From assembly GCF_001194135.2 (NCBI RefSeq), contig NC_068985.1:26859426-26923425 (forward strand): a DNA stretch of 64,000 bases, given 5' to 3'. This DNA is from Octopus bimaculoides. Taxonomy: Eukaryota. The notes under the pieces were generated by a model. The model was not told the DNA's origin. It did not search any database and was given only the letters and a program-made list of their open reading frames with translations. The translations under genes and the position numbers were made by a program. Every line of letters begins with the position of its first letter. Position 1 is the first letter of the stretch. This document shows positions 1 through 13,070 of this stretch, in pieces.

Positions 1-36
1 ACATGGGAGCCGATGTGTCTACCGTCCGTCCATGAT

Positions 37-98
<62 letters not shown>

Positions 99-130
99 GA
101 AAGAGAGAGGGAAAGAGAGAGAGAGAGAAA
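37..130. repeat. (GATA)n + (GA)n microsatellite
   Basis: Direct reading. Confidence 0.95.
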
Positions 131-323
131 GATGTGTATATACAGATACATTGTTCAACATGTCCATAGTTTTCGTTTTGAATACTTAGATGGGATTTTA
201 GTGAGATTTGGTTGATATTTCTAGCAGGTCCAATGATGAGGTTTCGTTGGCTGGAGAAATACACGAAACACACAAGCTTACACACATATGCATACACGCT
301 AACATATACACACATGCATTCAC

Positions 324-354
<31 letters not shown>

Positions 355-1069
355 TATGCACACACACGCACTCATATATTGTTTTAAACATAACTAGATG
401 GGTGTATGTGTGTGTAAGTGTATGTAGATATATAAACACATACACCGACGTGTGCATGTATGCGTGCGCGATCGTGTGTGTTTACATTTTAGTTCTGTAG
501 CCAAAATGAAACGTGCAGATATATAGAATACACATGAAGTCTAAAAATATAGTCCTCCACAGAACCTGTTTATAATATCAGCATCTTTATACGGGCATCC
601 ATTGAAGTTTGGAATTCTTTTCAGTATGTACTTAGCTACACATGCACACATCTACGCACAGACACAGATACACATGTGTATGCATATACGAGAGAGCAGT
701 GCATGCCAGCAAAGTGACGATGTAAGTATGTATGAATGTATGTGAGGGGTGTTTTGTGTATGGGGCGGTGAAATGTTGGTGCTGATTCCGCCCACTTGCC
801 TATCTGGAATTATGATGGCTCTTGACAAACCACGTCCATCATAGGAGTGGAGTGTGGAACATTTCTGCCGTGCCCAAACTGTTTGCTAACGTGTCACGCC
901 TTTTCGGCGCACCTTTTAAAGTGTACCATATGTGTATGTGTACGCGCATGTAGTGTGTAATTAATGTATGTATGTATGTATGTATGTATGTATGTATGTA
1001 TGTATGTATGTATGTATGTATGTATGTACGTATGTATGTATGTACATCTGAACTCTGCCAGATCAGATT

Positions 1070-1170
1070 GGAGCCTGGTGCAGCCTTCTGGCTTGCCAGT
1101 CCTCAGTCAAATCATCCAACCCATGCTAGCATGGAAAGCGGACGTTAAACGACGATGATGATGATGATGT
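1070..1170 (+). mobile_element. 3' tail fragment of a LINE/SINE ending in (GAT)n
   Basis: ...ccaacccatgctagcatggaaagcggacgttaaacgacgatgatgatg. The same tail recurs in reverse at ~12208-12275 and ~14590-14640. Confidence 0.55.
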
Positions 1171-2612
1171 ATGTATTATTTATGTACGCATGTGTATAAC
1201 GACATATTTCAGATTTCAATTTAGCTGGTAGAATTCAATTTAAAAATGGTCATGTTTCTAGATAGAAAAATATGGTGACCCTAATGGAAAGAGGTACAGA
1301 TTCATTGTTACATTGACATGCACTGAATGTGTTTCTTGACAGTCACACAAAACTATAACATATCATTAAGTGGGAAAAACGTAGAAAAGGCTGAAAATTC
1401 CAACAAAAGGCCTTTTTCATGCAGTCATATCAGCATGCTATAGGTGGCATTCATGTTGCAGGTGTGTTGCATACGAAGTACAACTTGTCAGAGAACATGT
1501 AGTAGAAGTTTTTGATGCACTAACAATGGTTTCAGCACTTTTATATATTTTTTTTTTCAAGAGATAGTTTTAGTTGTAAGCGTTAAATACAATCTGTTCT
1601 CAGTTTTATTTCTTTATACAATTCCACTTCATGATAAATGATATTGTAGACCTTATTCCCTATAACATTAAGGGTGGAACGCTTGGGTAATTTCGAAATA
1701 ACTTTTGATGTCAGAAGATCTGCATATTAGTCAAAATATCAGGATACCTGGGTAAGAATAGTTCTTGTTTCCTCCAACCCACGATATTGTTATTTATCTC
1801 TAGATGCGTTCTGAATGGGAAGACCTATACTCAAAAATATTCCAGCCACGACATCTTATTTTTTTTACAGACATTTTTATCTACGACTACAATATACGAC
1901 ATATTCTGTGTTTCAAGCAGTGCAGTATACTTTGAGGGAGATATAACGAGACCGTATTGAAAATCAGGAAGAATATTTGAAAGTTATATAATTCTAGAGA
2001 AGGACGCAAGGGAAAAGCTTTTATTTTCATTTTAGCATTTAGAATTCGCCAAGAGAAGGGATGATGTTCCTCATCTTTGTTTAGGAGAAGAAAATACTTT
2101 TAAACTCTGAATAATTACTGACTCTCTATAAATGAGACTTACAATGGACTACTGCTCTCACATCAGGTACGGTGTTGCACACACACACACACACACACAC
2201 ACCCTACACTGCATCCAACAGAAGTCTATCTGACTGGTTGGCAAGGAATCACTTACCGCTACCCTTAAATATCTACTTCACAACGACTTTTCTACTGTAA
2301 CAGAAACGGTCTCAGCTCCCTTCCTCTGACAAATTCGTTCCTTATATTGTATCCCTCCACACTCAAGTCCCTATAGGAACTTCGTTCAGTCCTTGCTAGC
2401 AGGAACGTCAGTTCTATTAAAATAAATTCTTTCTCACTTACGTTGCCCCAGCAGTCATCGATATTAAAATGTACAAACCGAACTCCCAACTACATTAGTC
2501 TCCAATCGTAATGGTATTGGAGGCTTGCGTATATCAGAAACACAGATTCTCTTATCCGACTAATCACAAAATAATGATAATAGATTAAATTAACAAAGAT
2601 AATCAGACTCAC

Positions 2613-2666
2613 CTGATGTAAGGAAACGCTGGATCGACATGTTTGAAGGCTACAGCTATGGCGTAC
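2613..2666 (-). CDS. DRAM: Internal coding exon of a DRAM/TMEM150-family (DNA damage-regulated autophagy modulator-like) membrane protein
   Basis: Minus strand reads cctttctcgttattttacag|G TAC GCC ATA GCT GTA GCC TTC AAA CAT GTC GAT CCA GCG TTT CCT TAC ATC AG|gtgagt. This is a 54-nt exon with a strong acceptor and donor, encoding YAIAVAFKHVDPAFPYI(S/R). It matches the DRAM N-terminal signature recalled from human DRAM2 (SYITAVTLHHIDPALPYIS), including a phase-2 intron at PYIS. Confidence 0.82.
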
Positions 2667-3838
2667 CTGTAAAATAACGAGAAAGGTAACGCTATTTCAG
2701 CACTAATTAATAAAAAAAATGAATAATATCAATGAAAATCGCTTGTTAAGCTATCAAAAGACCAATAACTTTGAAAGCCACAATTTATCAAGTGAATAAC
2801 AGTTAGTTTGTATTCTGCAACTTGCCTGAGATGATCTTATAGCTTTCATATATAACTCACAAATGATAAAGAGTCCATCTAGATGTAAGTTTTCGCAGTT
2901 TAAATTAAAAGTTATCCTTGAATGAGAAGACGTATAGTGAAAGAGGTTCCGGCCTGCAATTCTCTTATTTTTGTATATTAGAATTACATTGTCTAGTGCA
3001 TCATTTATTTAAGTCAGTATGACGTAATTTGAAGGAGACTTGGTTGCAATTTCGAGTTTTGTGGAATTTAGTAGACGGAAGCTGTGTCAAAGCCCGTGGT
3101 GGTTGTGGTGTGGGGGGACCCTTCTTGTTAAGAGGCGGACTCAATCTATTACAAGGTTTAACTCTTCCTCTTTCCCCAACCCTGGCGCATTTAGCAGGGT
3201 CTATTCTGTTGCAAGCATTCGCGCGAGCTCTCCTGTCTGAGGATAATTTCCTCCCACGTCTTATAGAATGTCTACAAAGGATCATAAGTGCTGCCCTGCC
3301 TTCTTTGAATAAGTCATTGAAAATCTTGAGGGTCTGGAATATTTTTTAAGAAAATTATTTCGGTTACAGATATAATACGAACCACCATCGAATCGTTTAG
3401 CTCATGCTTCACAACTGGTTTTTGTCCCACGCTTCGCTTCGATTGTTTAAAAATACGTGCGCCCCATCATCAACAAAGTATATTCAAAAGAAGTGAAATT
3501 GAAATTTTATTGCAAATTTCATTCACTTGTTACTTACTTACGCCCCATTTAAAGTAACTCACGCTCCACCGGTGGGACGTGCGCTCTGTCTTGAGAGACA
3601 CTGGTCTAGCTGAACCCTCTGCTTCTAAAATGCCTGCCTTCAGTCTCCAGAGTCCTATTTCCATAATTTCACCTATAATTAGATTTTATGAATGTGTGCA
3701 TACGTATACATGAACACAGATATGTATGCACGTGCCAGTGATGTGAGTGTGTGTGTGCAAGATTACTGATATATCCATAGGCGTAAGCACAACAGATATT
3801 ATACACACATGCGTATGAATACAATGTATACGTGACAT

Positions 3839-3874
<36 letters not shown>

Positions 3875-4286
3875 GGAGCATGATAGTATAGTAAAAAGAA
3901 ACATGAGCCTACGGGAGTATGGAGAGGCAAGTACTGACTCCTCCATTCCACTTCTCCCCGCATATTCAGAACTCTCTTGTTCTATCTCCACCACCTCGAA
4001 TCCACGTTCCAGCTACACTCAGAACCACCGACATTGGCGCACTAACATATCCCGTCCACCCACCCCCACCCGACTGAGTATCTGATGCAAAAGGTCATGT
4101 TTGTGCGAGCGGCTAATGACAAGCAGTGCATGATTAAGTATTTTACCCCCCGTGTAACAGTAGACCGAAATTCTACAGAGAAAAGGATATGAGTTGTCTG
4201 AAATGCCAGGCCTTCAATGGCATCCTATTAATAAAATAAAAATAATGATGATGATAATAATAATGATGATGATGATGATGATGATC

Positions 4287-4319
<33 letters not shown>

Positions 4320-4614
4320 TGATGATGATGCAGGAATAAATAACGATTTCTTTTTTAACCACAAGGGTTTACATTAAGAAAACATTAAGGGCGGTACAGG
4401 ACAAAATAAAGAATGTGTGTGTGTATGTGTGTTGTTGTGAGGGTTATAAATGCTGCACAATTGTCAACGGCCTCTCTTCAAAAACTGCTTACATTTCCAC
4501 TCTGTTTGGTTTAGTTAGGATGATAGTTGTGATGTTACCCGAAATAAAGTGTTATTGATACAGCTCGTTTTCGGTGCAAACGTCCAGCGTATCCTAAAAA
4601 TTTATTGTATTACT

Positions 4615-6560
4615 ATGATTAGAATAGAATCGATAAGGTTTTGCAAAGGACTAGCAGTAGAAAGAAAAAAGAGTAGAGGGCAGGCTAGTCAAAAAGTTAG
4701 ACGAGGCTTTTAGAAAAGGCATCGCGACCGACGTGCTCGCAACGAGATTGGCACTCGACCAATTCTTCAATGCAGAACACGAAAGCTGCGTTGTCAGAGC
4801 TGAGGCACGAGCACTTAGACACGAAGAGAAAGCCGTTCAATAGGCCCGAGTGTCAGAGGCACGGTGTGGCAATAAATCCACGATCCGATCTTCGCTGGAT
4901 CACGATGAGCAAATGATAACTGATCTGATAACTGAGCTTTACGCTTACATGCCAGACTTGTTCGGCGACCCCTGAGCAAATGTTTACTGCAACTGGCAAC
5001 AGAGTAGGAGAATTTCCAAGTTCTGTGAGCCGAGGAGCGGTGGCGTTCCTGAGAAAAGACCCGAACAAGGGGGATTGTATTGACAACTTTAGGCTCATAA
5101 CTCTACTGGATGCAGAGTTCAAAGTTTTGGTCAAGGTTTTAGCTACGAGGTTGGTGCTTGTCGTCGGGGATCTGGTTGGAGAGGTACAGACATGAGCCAT
5201 CAAGAAAACATCCATCCACGACAACCTCCACCTCATGCGATGCACCATTGAAAAAGTGGCTAAAGAACCTGGCACGGGTGGAGCCCTGGTCAATTTAGAT
5301 CAGTCTAAAGCTTTTGATAGGGTTGACCATCTATACCTGACGGGGGTGATCAAGGCAGCTAGTTTCGGGCCTGTATTCAGGGGCTGGATCGCTGCAATGC
5401 ACAGCGACATCTGTTCAGTGGTTATAGTGAACGGTCACCTCTCAGAGCCGTTCAACATCATGCGCTCGGTCCAGCAAGATTGCCTCTTCTCGTCTATCTT
5501 GTATGTACTGACTCTTGAGCCACTACTACACAAACTGAAGGTGTTGAGAGGCATCCTGTGTGACCTAGGTTGTGGGCAATGCGTGTTGTCATATGCCGAC
5601 GGCGTCAATGTAGTGGTGTTGGATCATAAACGCATAGAAATGATCGGCACCGCTCTCAGGGACTACGAAGCGGTTTCAGGAGCGACGATTAACCAAGAAA
5701 AATCAATGGGTTTGCGACACGGCACCTGGAGAAGCAAGTCCATGCCGTCCAACTGTTGGGCGCTGGACGGATGGACCGGTTAAACTGCTCGGGCTCTGGT
5801 TCGGTTTGGACCTCCAGATGGACAAAAACTGGGACGAGGTAACAAGTAGGGTGACTAATCTCACCCAGAAATGGGCCGAGAGAAAGCTATCCCTGAAAGG
5901 TCGGGCAGATGTGGCTAACGCATATATCGCGTCTGTCATCTACTATCGCTTGACCGTCGTGCCTTGTCCTGGCCACCATCTGATTACGCTGGAGCGTATA
6001 CTTTTCCGCTTCTTGTGGAAGGGACACATCTCGATAGTCAGGGGGTCTATCTGCTGTCAACACCCGCTGAGTAGTGGCCTGGACATGCCGTGGCTGGTGA
6101 TGCGCAGACATGCGCTGATGTTACGATATCTCCAGTGCTTCCTTGACGGTGAACAGGTGTGGTCACCGTTCGCCAGACACATATTTCCGCAGCTAGTTTC
6201 TTTAACGGAGCTGCAGTCCTAGATAAAACAAAGACCGAGGGAGAGCATTTGGAAAGTGGAATGTCTACAACTGCTCACAGCCCTCGTCCACTCGAACAGT
6301 GCAATAGATGGAACGTCCACTTTAACTTTTTATAGAGGATTAGTGGAGGAAAAGTGCGACGAAGATCTTGGGGAGACCTTGGACGTCGAAGATCAGATAG
6401 CCGCTCTTTTCTGGAGAACATTCGGCCCAGGACTGATGGATAATTTCCAAAAATCTCTGGCCTGGCAGTGCTACCGAGAGCTTTGCTTATTCGAGATAAA
6501 CTTTACAGGCACGGTAGTGCCGTCAGTCGAGCATGTCCGAGATACATGCAAGACAATGAG
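4615..6560 (+). mobile_element. L1/Tx1-clade LINE ORF2 fragment (linker + reverse transcriptase), disrupted; antisense within the DRAM intron
   Basis: Translated segments include FLRKDPNKGDCIDNFRLITLLDAEFKVLVKVLATRL, LVNLDQSKAFDRVDH, SVQQDCLFSSILYVLTLEPLL, SYADGV (YADD-like) and WAERKLSLKGRA...YRLTV. Several stops and frameshifts split it into the ORFs at 4980, 5235, 5806 and 6256. Confidence 0.9.
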
Positions 6561-6827
6561 ATGGTCATGTACGCACTCGTCCAAACCAGGATTAATAATC
6601 ATAAACGAAGATTCTAGTAACACTGATGGAGCGTCTACCTGGTCTCTAGACCTGCCAGAAATATCAACTAAAAATCTCTCTCGAATTACACACTATTACC
6701 TCAAAGAAAAAGTAGGACGAGCCACTGGATAACGCAGCCCAAGGTGCATTATTCGTGAAAACATGACGAGGTAGGGTAATCAGGGGCTGAAATGCCTTCG
6801 ATCATGGGTCTGCTCAATCAAGGTTAA

Positions 6828-6837
6828 TCACCACCAC

Positions 6838-6892
<55 letters not shown>

Positions 6893-6905
6893 GTCATCAT
6901 CATCC
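6828..6905. repeat. (CAT)n microsatellite
   Basis: Direct reading. Confidence 0.95.
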
Positions 6906-9900
6906 ATCGTTGTCGTAGCGATCAGTGATTGTAAATAGGGCAGCGCTATAAACGATAGTAAGATTAGCTACGACTTTCAACCCTTGAACTGACAACAGCA
7001 GCTGTTGCTGTTGATGACGACGACGACGACGACGATGATGATGATGATAAGAAAAAGGAGGAAGAGACGAAGAGGACGAGAATGTTAGCACTGAGCAGAC
7101 TTATGATCAAAAGCACCCCGTTCATGACCACCTCATGTCATTTCATATTCTATGTACCCAGGACATTTAACTAGAAAATAAGCAATGATAGAAGGAAAGT
7201 TGGTAGCGTTTTTTGACAAAAGATCAAGCAATCGACAAGTGGCTCCCTCATTGGTTTGTCATGATACAAATGGGCATATCATTGCCAAAATAGCAGACTT
7301 ACAATACTAATTAGTTTTAGGATTTTGACATTGAGAAAATGAAAAGAATTTCCTGAAAGATATATGTTATGAGCTTGAACCCTTATTAGGGGTTGCTTTA
7401 GCCTTCGTTAATGAAATAAAATAAATCGCTCTAATACGTTAATGTACAGTTCTCATCAACAGAAGCAATTTCTCTTCGGGAATTGGTTTTCTATTCGTTT
7501 CTTTCAAGTAAGAGCAAAAATCATACTATATTATTTTAGAGAAAGTTATTACATACACACACGCAGACACGCACGCACACACACACACATACATACATAC
7601 TTGCATACATACAACGTACGTACATACATACATACATGCACATTGCTTTCACATGAATAGCAACACAAGTCAAAGACGTTTCATCGAGCGAGAATGGATC
7701 ACTCAGCAAAAGACGTTCGCTACTAGACGTTACTAATCACTAATCTGGCATACACTGATTTCTTTTGAGTAAACACAAAGCTCACATTTGTAAGGAAAAG
7801 GAACAGTAGATTGTCATTCATTACCTTATATTAAAAGGCAAAAATCAATCTTGATCAGATTTGAACACAGAAACTAGGAAATTGAAACTAAATATTCAAA
7901 GACGTTTATCTTAATCCAGTGCTGTAACATTTCTGACAACTAACTACTGTCAATATGAATAATTATATAAACCAGAGAACACTACCAGTCATTTAACCCG
8001 GCAGTTTAGTGTTTCAATCAATCATCTTTAAACGTACCAGTTAATGACGCTAAGCCCTTCATCAATAAGATTAGAGACTTGAAACATTTTCAACTTTGGA
8101 ATGGAAACTGAATCACTGACTCGGCTCGGTGAGACCCTACTTCATATTCTGTTTTTGCTGACCATTACACTATTCTAGGTTGAGGAAAAGAAAAAAGAAA
8201 AAAAAAACGTCTCTCAAAATCATTTCTGAGAAAAGAATAAAACAATGCATAATTTGCAGAGAATCAAATTGTCTTCTTTTATAACGAAAGCGATTTGATT
8301 GAAGTAGTCTCTTTTGTTTTTATTTAACATGATTTTCAGTTAGTTGGTGCAGATTGTAATTATAGAAAAATCCTTGATGTTAGTATCACAATATATGCGG
8401 TTCCATAAAAATGTACAATTACAGTACAATCAAATTTTGCCATCCGTATAATAAACATGACTGCTAAATACGTCCATTAGCAGATAATTGCTTTCAATTA
8501 AATATAACTAGCACAAATAGAAGTTTCATGGTAAAATGAAACAATATTCCCGTTTGCTAACAACCAATAAAAGATTCCATCACAAATTTGTGGTATTCCT
8601 ATTATTTTTCGATTCAATATTCGTTTAGCCAAGAATCCTTGAAATAAATTTTCATTTTATTCCTGTATTCATATCGAATTTACTGACACTTATGAAACTG
8701 ATTGGCAGAGAGTGCAATACGAGTGCTTTTGTCATGGCCTAAGTTCATATCGAGTGCAGGGATGGCCAAGCAGTTAGGAAGCTTGATTCATAACTACGTG
8801 GATTCGGGCGCGATCCCGTTGCGCGGCATCTTAGACAAGAGTCTTTTATCATAGCCTCGATGGGATGAAAACTGCTTGTAAACACACCAAAGGAATCGTT
8901 CCTGTTCTTGGATGGTAAGCTTAATCTATCACTTGGCCTTTGGATGTCCTTAGCGTTCGAACAGATTTCCAGTCTGAGGATATCTTCTTCCTACCAGATT
9001 CCAGAGGCTCTGCAAATTCATAAGGTGCTCACCTTCTATTCTGATTAAATCTGTTTTGATTTTTTTTCAAGATATGACATAAGTACTTAAAGAAAGCATG
9101 TGACTTTGTAAGTACTTAGTTAACTTACGCCAAACGTGCTAAACAAGTCAGAACAGAGATGTAAGCTATGAACAGAAAGCAGTGCTGGTGAAGGAATACG
9201 AATACGAATCATTGATGACCACATGGAATGATTTAACGGGAGTGCTCTGATCAAAAGAAATATATTAACACGTAAATTTGTGTCACAAATGTTTGGTTTG
9301 GTACAATGGGCCTTGAGATAGCCTCTTGCATTGGTGTGTTGCATATACGTTTGCTGTCATGATCACACAGGTCATATTGAAGTGTTTTAACCAAGTAATT
9401 AGGTCATGAAACATGTGTTATCATCTGATACTACTTGGGTAGTAGAAAACTGCTGATTTGGATTAGTTTTCGATGAATTTATGTATAAGACCCAGTGTGA
9501 TCTAGCACTTGAGTGATCCATCAACATCCAACAATTTCTATTATTTGTTTCTTACAATTGTTTTTTTATCTAAATCCAACGATTGTGAACCATCAATATG
9601 TAATCGATATGAATGTACTTGCTGAACCGATGAAAGAAAGTAGCACAATTCATGAGTAAAGATAACCAAATGGGTGCAGGCATGGCTGTGTGGTTAAGAA
9701 GCTCGCTTCGTTATTGCACGGCTCGGGTTCAATTTCACTACTAGGCAATTTGGGCAAATCGTACAATACTCATGGGGTGATCAAAGTCTTGTGAGCAAAG
9801 ATTTCGTAAGCGGGAACTGTGGAAACTCGCCAGAGGATCTGTCTCCACTCATGGGTCTTAGGATTAACCCATAACCTAGTTTAAAATCTCTACTGGGTCC

Positions 9901-10688
9901 TTGTGTACACTTAATAGAGCCCACTCTGTGTTAAACTTTCAGTCTAAATCCCTGATCTAAAAGTAACTTCTTCCTTTCATTTCACCTCTAAGTCAAAGGC
10001 CCTTAGAGCTGACTTCGGCGCTTACTCCTCTGAATAAGTCATAAAAATGTGTGCGCGCAAGTATGTCTGTGTATGTATGAGTATATGTGTGTGTGTGAGA
10101 GCTTGGTGGTCCTTATCAACTGGTTGTATTGCTTAAGTTTCCTTCTTAACACCTCAGTTTACATAAACATGTTCAAGCTTGTTTCATGAAGTCAATTTAT
10201 TGCGAGCATGCACCATTTGACATCATTGTTTCCTCACCTCATTTCCACCTGTGCTTGATGTTCACGTTTTATTCATGAATACAGAATTACACTCGTACTT
10301 CGTTAGACAGGCTGTCTCACACAGAGACACAGATACATACGTATTTCCCAAATTCATATAAACGCATCAAATCTAGCAATTTATTTATTTATTTATATAG
10401 TTATTTATTTATTTGTTTATCTTCACTTCAAACTTTTATCTGTATGTATCTTCCATATGTATTTCTTTAGCTTGACCTTGTAGACTAACAATATCTGCAT
10501 CGATATTATTTATCGACATCTAAACAAACATACAGACACACGCACACATGCATGCATACAAATACGGATAGACTTATGTGTGTGTGTTTGTAAATACATA
10601 CACACACATACATACATATACAAACGTACATACATATAAATACGCGCACACATTAAGACGAAGACATAAACCTATATTATGTAGCTAT

Positions 10689-10774
<86 letters not shown>

Positions 10775-11175
10775 TACAGACACACACATGTGTGTGTGAG
10801 AATAAGTTACAAATAATGGTCATTTCATATAATTCCCTTATTAGAGCAAATTTGGCTTACAGCTGATTCCGGTAGTCATTATAGGTACATTACTGATAGG
10901 TTTATTGACAGTTTATCTGTTGGTAAACCATAAAAATGGCGAAATATCAGTATGTATCCCTCTTGAATTCGATTCGATTCGTAATGAGGCGAATTGTCAT
11001 GTCTGTCTATGATTTTGAGTTGTTTCAACATCCGGCGTTAACAGGAGTTGTTCCCAAGCGCCATATCGCAGCGAATCCGGCGAACAAACAAAACACATAC
11101 ATCGGGTATGTGCGATCGATAAGGTTTACACCACTAGTGCTGCTTTTACTTTGTTATTGACTATATATATATATA

Positions 11176-11354
11176 GGCGCAGGAGTGGCTGTGTGGTAAG
11201 TAGCTGAGTGGTAAGTAGCTTGCTTACCAACCACATGGTTCCGGGTTCAGTCTCACTGCGTGGCACCTTGGGCAAGTGTCATCTACTATAGTCTGGGGCC
11301 AACCAAAGCCATGTGAGTGGATTTGGTAGACGGAAACTGAAAGAAGCCCGTCGT
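11176..11354 (+). mobile_element. tRNA-derived SINE (family A)
   Basis: ggcgcaggagtggctgtgtggtaag...ggttcagtc (A/B-box-like)...ggtagacggaaactgaaagaagcccgtcg, followed by microsatellite. It carries a short internal tandem duplication of gtggtaagtagct. Related copies at ~8757, 9675, 13678, 14340, 14755, 25130, 46815, 57061, 57876 and 59185 (-). Confidence 0.85.
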
Positions 11355-12406
11355 ATATATGTATATGTATATATAAATGTATGTGTGTGTTTGNNNNNNN
11401 NNNNNNNNNNNNNNNNNNNNNNNNNNNNNNNNNNNNNNNNNNNNNNNNNNNNNNNNNNNNNNNNNNNNNNNNNNNNNNNNNNNNNNNNNNNNNNNNNNNN
11501 NNNNNNNNNNNNNNNNNNNNNNNNNNNNNNNNNNNNNNNNNNNNNNNNNNNNNNNNNNNNNNNNNNNNNNNNNNNNNNNNNNNNNNNNNNNNNNNNNNNN
11601 NNNNNNNNNNNNNNNNNNNNNNNNNNNNNNNNNNNNNNNNNNNNNNNNNNNNNNNNNNNNNNNNNNNNNNNNNNNNNNNNNNNNNNNNNNNNNNNNNNNN
11701 NNNNNNNNNNNNNNNNNNNNNNNNNNNNNNNNNNNNNNNNNNNNNNNNNNNNNNNNNNNNNNNNNNNNNNNNNNNNNNNNNNNNNNNNNNNNNNNNNNNN
11801 NNNNNNNNNNNNNNNNNNNNNNNNNNNNNNNNNNNNNNNNNNNNNNNNNNNNNNNNNNNNNNNNNNNNNNNNNNNNNNNNNNNNNNNNNNNNNNNNNNNN
11901 NNNNNNNNNNNNNNNNNNNNNNNNNNNNNNNNNNNNNNNNNNNNNNNNGAAAAGACAGATAGAAATATAGATGTGAAAATTTGTGTGTATTCTGAAGTGA
12001 AGCCATTTCTTTAAGCAACTTTGGAGAAGAATAACAGAAGAAACTTTTCCTTTTTCGTTTGTTTCTTTCGTTTTTTTTCTCCCTTCATACTCCATCCAGT
12101 AATCCATCCGACCAGGTGACAAGTATAAACAAACAATATAGATCCTATGTAAATCCAGTTACAACGCTTACGTCATCACTCGGGTTGTTTACGTACAATA
12201 TCTACTCATCATCATCATCATCATCATCATCAATCATCATTTAACGTCTGTTTTCCATGCTGGCATGCGTTGAACAGTTTGATAGTAGCTGACAAGCCGG
12301 AGGGCTGCGTCATGTTCCAGCCGTCAATTTTGGAAGGATTTCTACAGTTGGATAACCCTTCTTCATACCGTCAATCAGTTTGCAGATTGCACTGGGTGAC
12401 TTTTAT

Positions 12407-13005
12407 ATGGAACCGACATGGGTGCTCTTTTTATGCTAGGACCTGCACGGGTGCTTTTGAACGTGACGCCAACACGTGTGCTTTATATCGGGCGTCGGCA
12501 CGGATGCATCTTTTTCGTGACGCCGGCACGGGTGCTTTCTTACCTGGCTCCGGCACGGGTGCCTTTTAACGTGGTGCCGACACAGGTGTTTTCTTACGTG
12601 GCACCGGCACGGGTGCTCTTTGACGTAGAGCAGGCACATGTGCTTTGTTACGTTTGGCCGGCACAAATGGTTTCTTACGAGGCGTCGGCATGGGTGCTCT
12701 TTAAAGTGGAGCAAGCACGGGTGCTCTGTTACGTTTGGCCGGCACAAGTGCTTTCTTACGTGGAGCCAGCACGGGTGCTCACTTACGTGACACCTGCACG
12801 TGGGCTTTCATAGGTGACGCCGGCACGGATGCATCTTTTACGTGGTGCCGGCATGAGTGCTTTTTAACGTGACGCCGGCGCGGGCGCTTTTTTATGTGAC
12901 GATGGCACGGGTTATTATTGTACGTGACGCCGGCACAAGTACTCTTTTACGTGACGCCGACACAGGCGCTTTTTCTACGCGGCACCGGCACGGGTTAATA
13001 ATAAC
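12407..13005. repeat. GC/CpG-rich 27-bp minisatellite, ~22 diverged units
   Basis: Consensus gtgacgccggcacgggtgctttcttac is repeated in register with occasional 1-bp indels. An 81-bp higher-order repeat is visible (gtttggccggcacaa at 12652 and 12733). Confidence 0.92.
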
Positions 13006-13028
13006 ATACCTTGTAGTAATATACTTAC

Positions 13029-13070
13029 GTTATGAGAAAGAAGACGGGTGCCGCAATGAAGACAATAATG
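13029..13070 (-). CDS. DRAM: Upstream (probably first coding) exon of the same DRAM-family gene, 5' part lost in N-gap 13071-13550
   Basis: Minus strand reads C ATT ATT GTC TTC ATT GCG GCA CCC GTC TTC TTT CTC ATA AC|gtaagtat, encoding IIVFIAAPVFFLIT. The phase-2 donor AC joins the G of exon 2613-2666 to give ACG (Thr), then YAIAV. Together they build a complete hydrophobic TM1 with the expected Pro. Confidence 0.75.

Noticed and set aside
198-250. Possible terminal exon (NETSSLDLLEISTKSH*) after a strong acceptor
   Set aside because: The sequence is part of a dispersed repeat also seen near 34100 and 59760, and has no DRAM similarity.
2442-2489. Possible next DRAM exon (WEFGLYILISMTAGAT; another frame gives IDDCW as in GH27 enzymes)
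   Set aside because: The donor is good but the acceptor has almost no pyrimidine tract. It lacks the conserved DTG..PPE segment, and the IDDCW match is isolated.
3029-3349. 106-aa ORF, also open on the opposite strand
   Set aside because: No recognisable motif. Its 5' part is a decayed family A SINE tail (gtagacggaagctg...gcccgt).
3562-3672. Exon-like minus-strand stretch (MEIGLWRL...) upstream of the DRAM exon
   Set aside because: Wrong phase and non-hydrophobic. Its 3' half resembles a hAT-type terminal sequence (cagtgtctctcaa...cccaccggtgg).
9129-9246. Exon-like segment with good acceptor and donor on the minus strand
   Set aside because: The frame compatible with the DRAM exon has stops and no start. 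The 13029 exon fits the family far better. It could still be a cryptic or non-coding exon.
12407-13005. 27-bp array as a CRISPR array or as a 9-aa repeat protein (VTPARVLSY or HPCRRHVRK)
   Set aside because: There are no unique spacers and the context is eukaryotic. 1-bp indels and stops break both reading frames, and the array lies just inside a splice donor.
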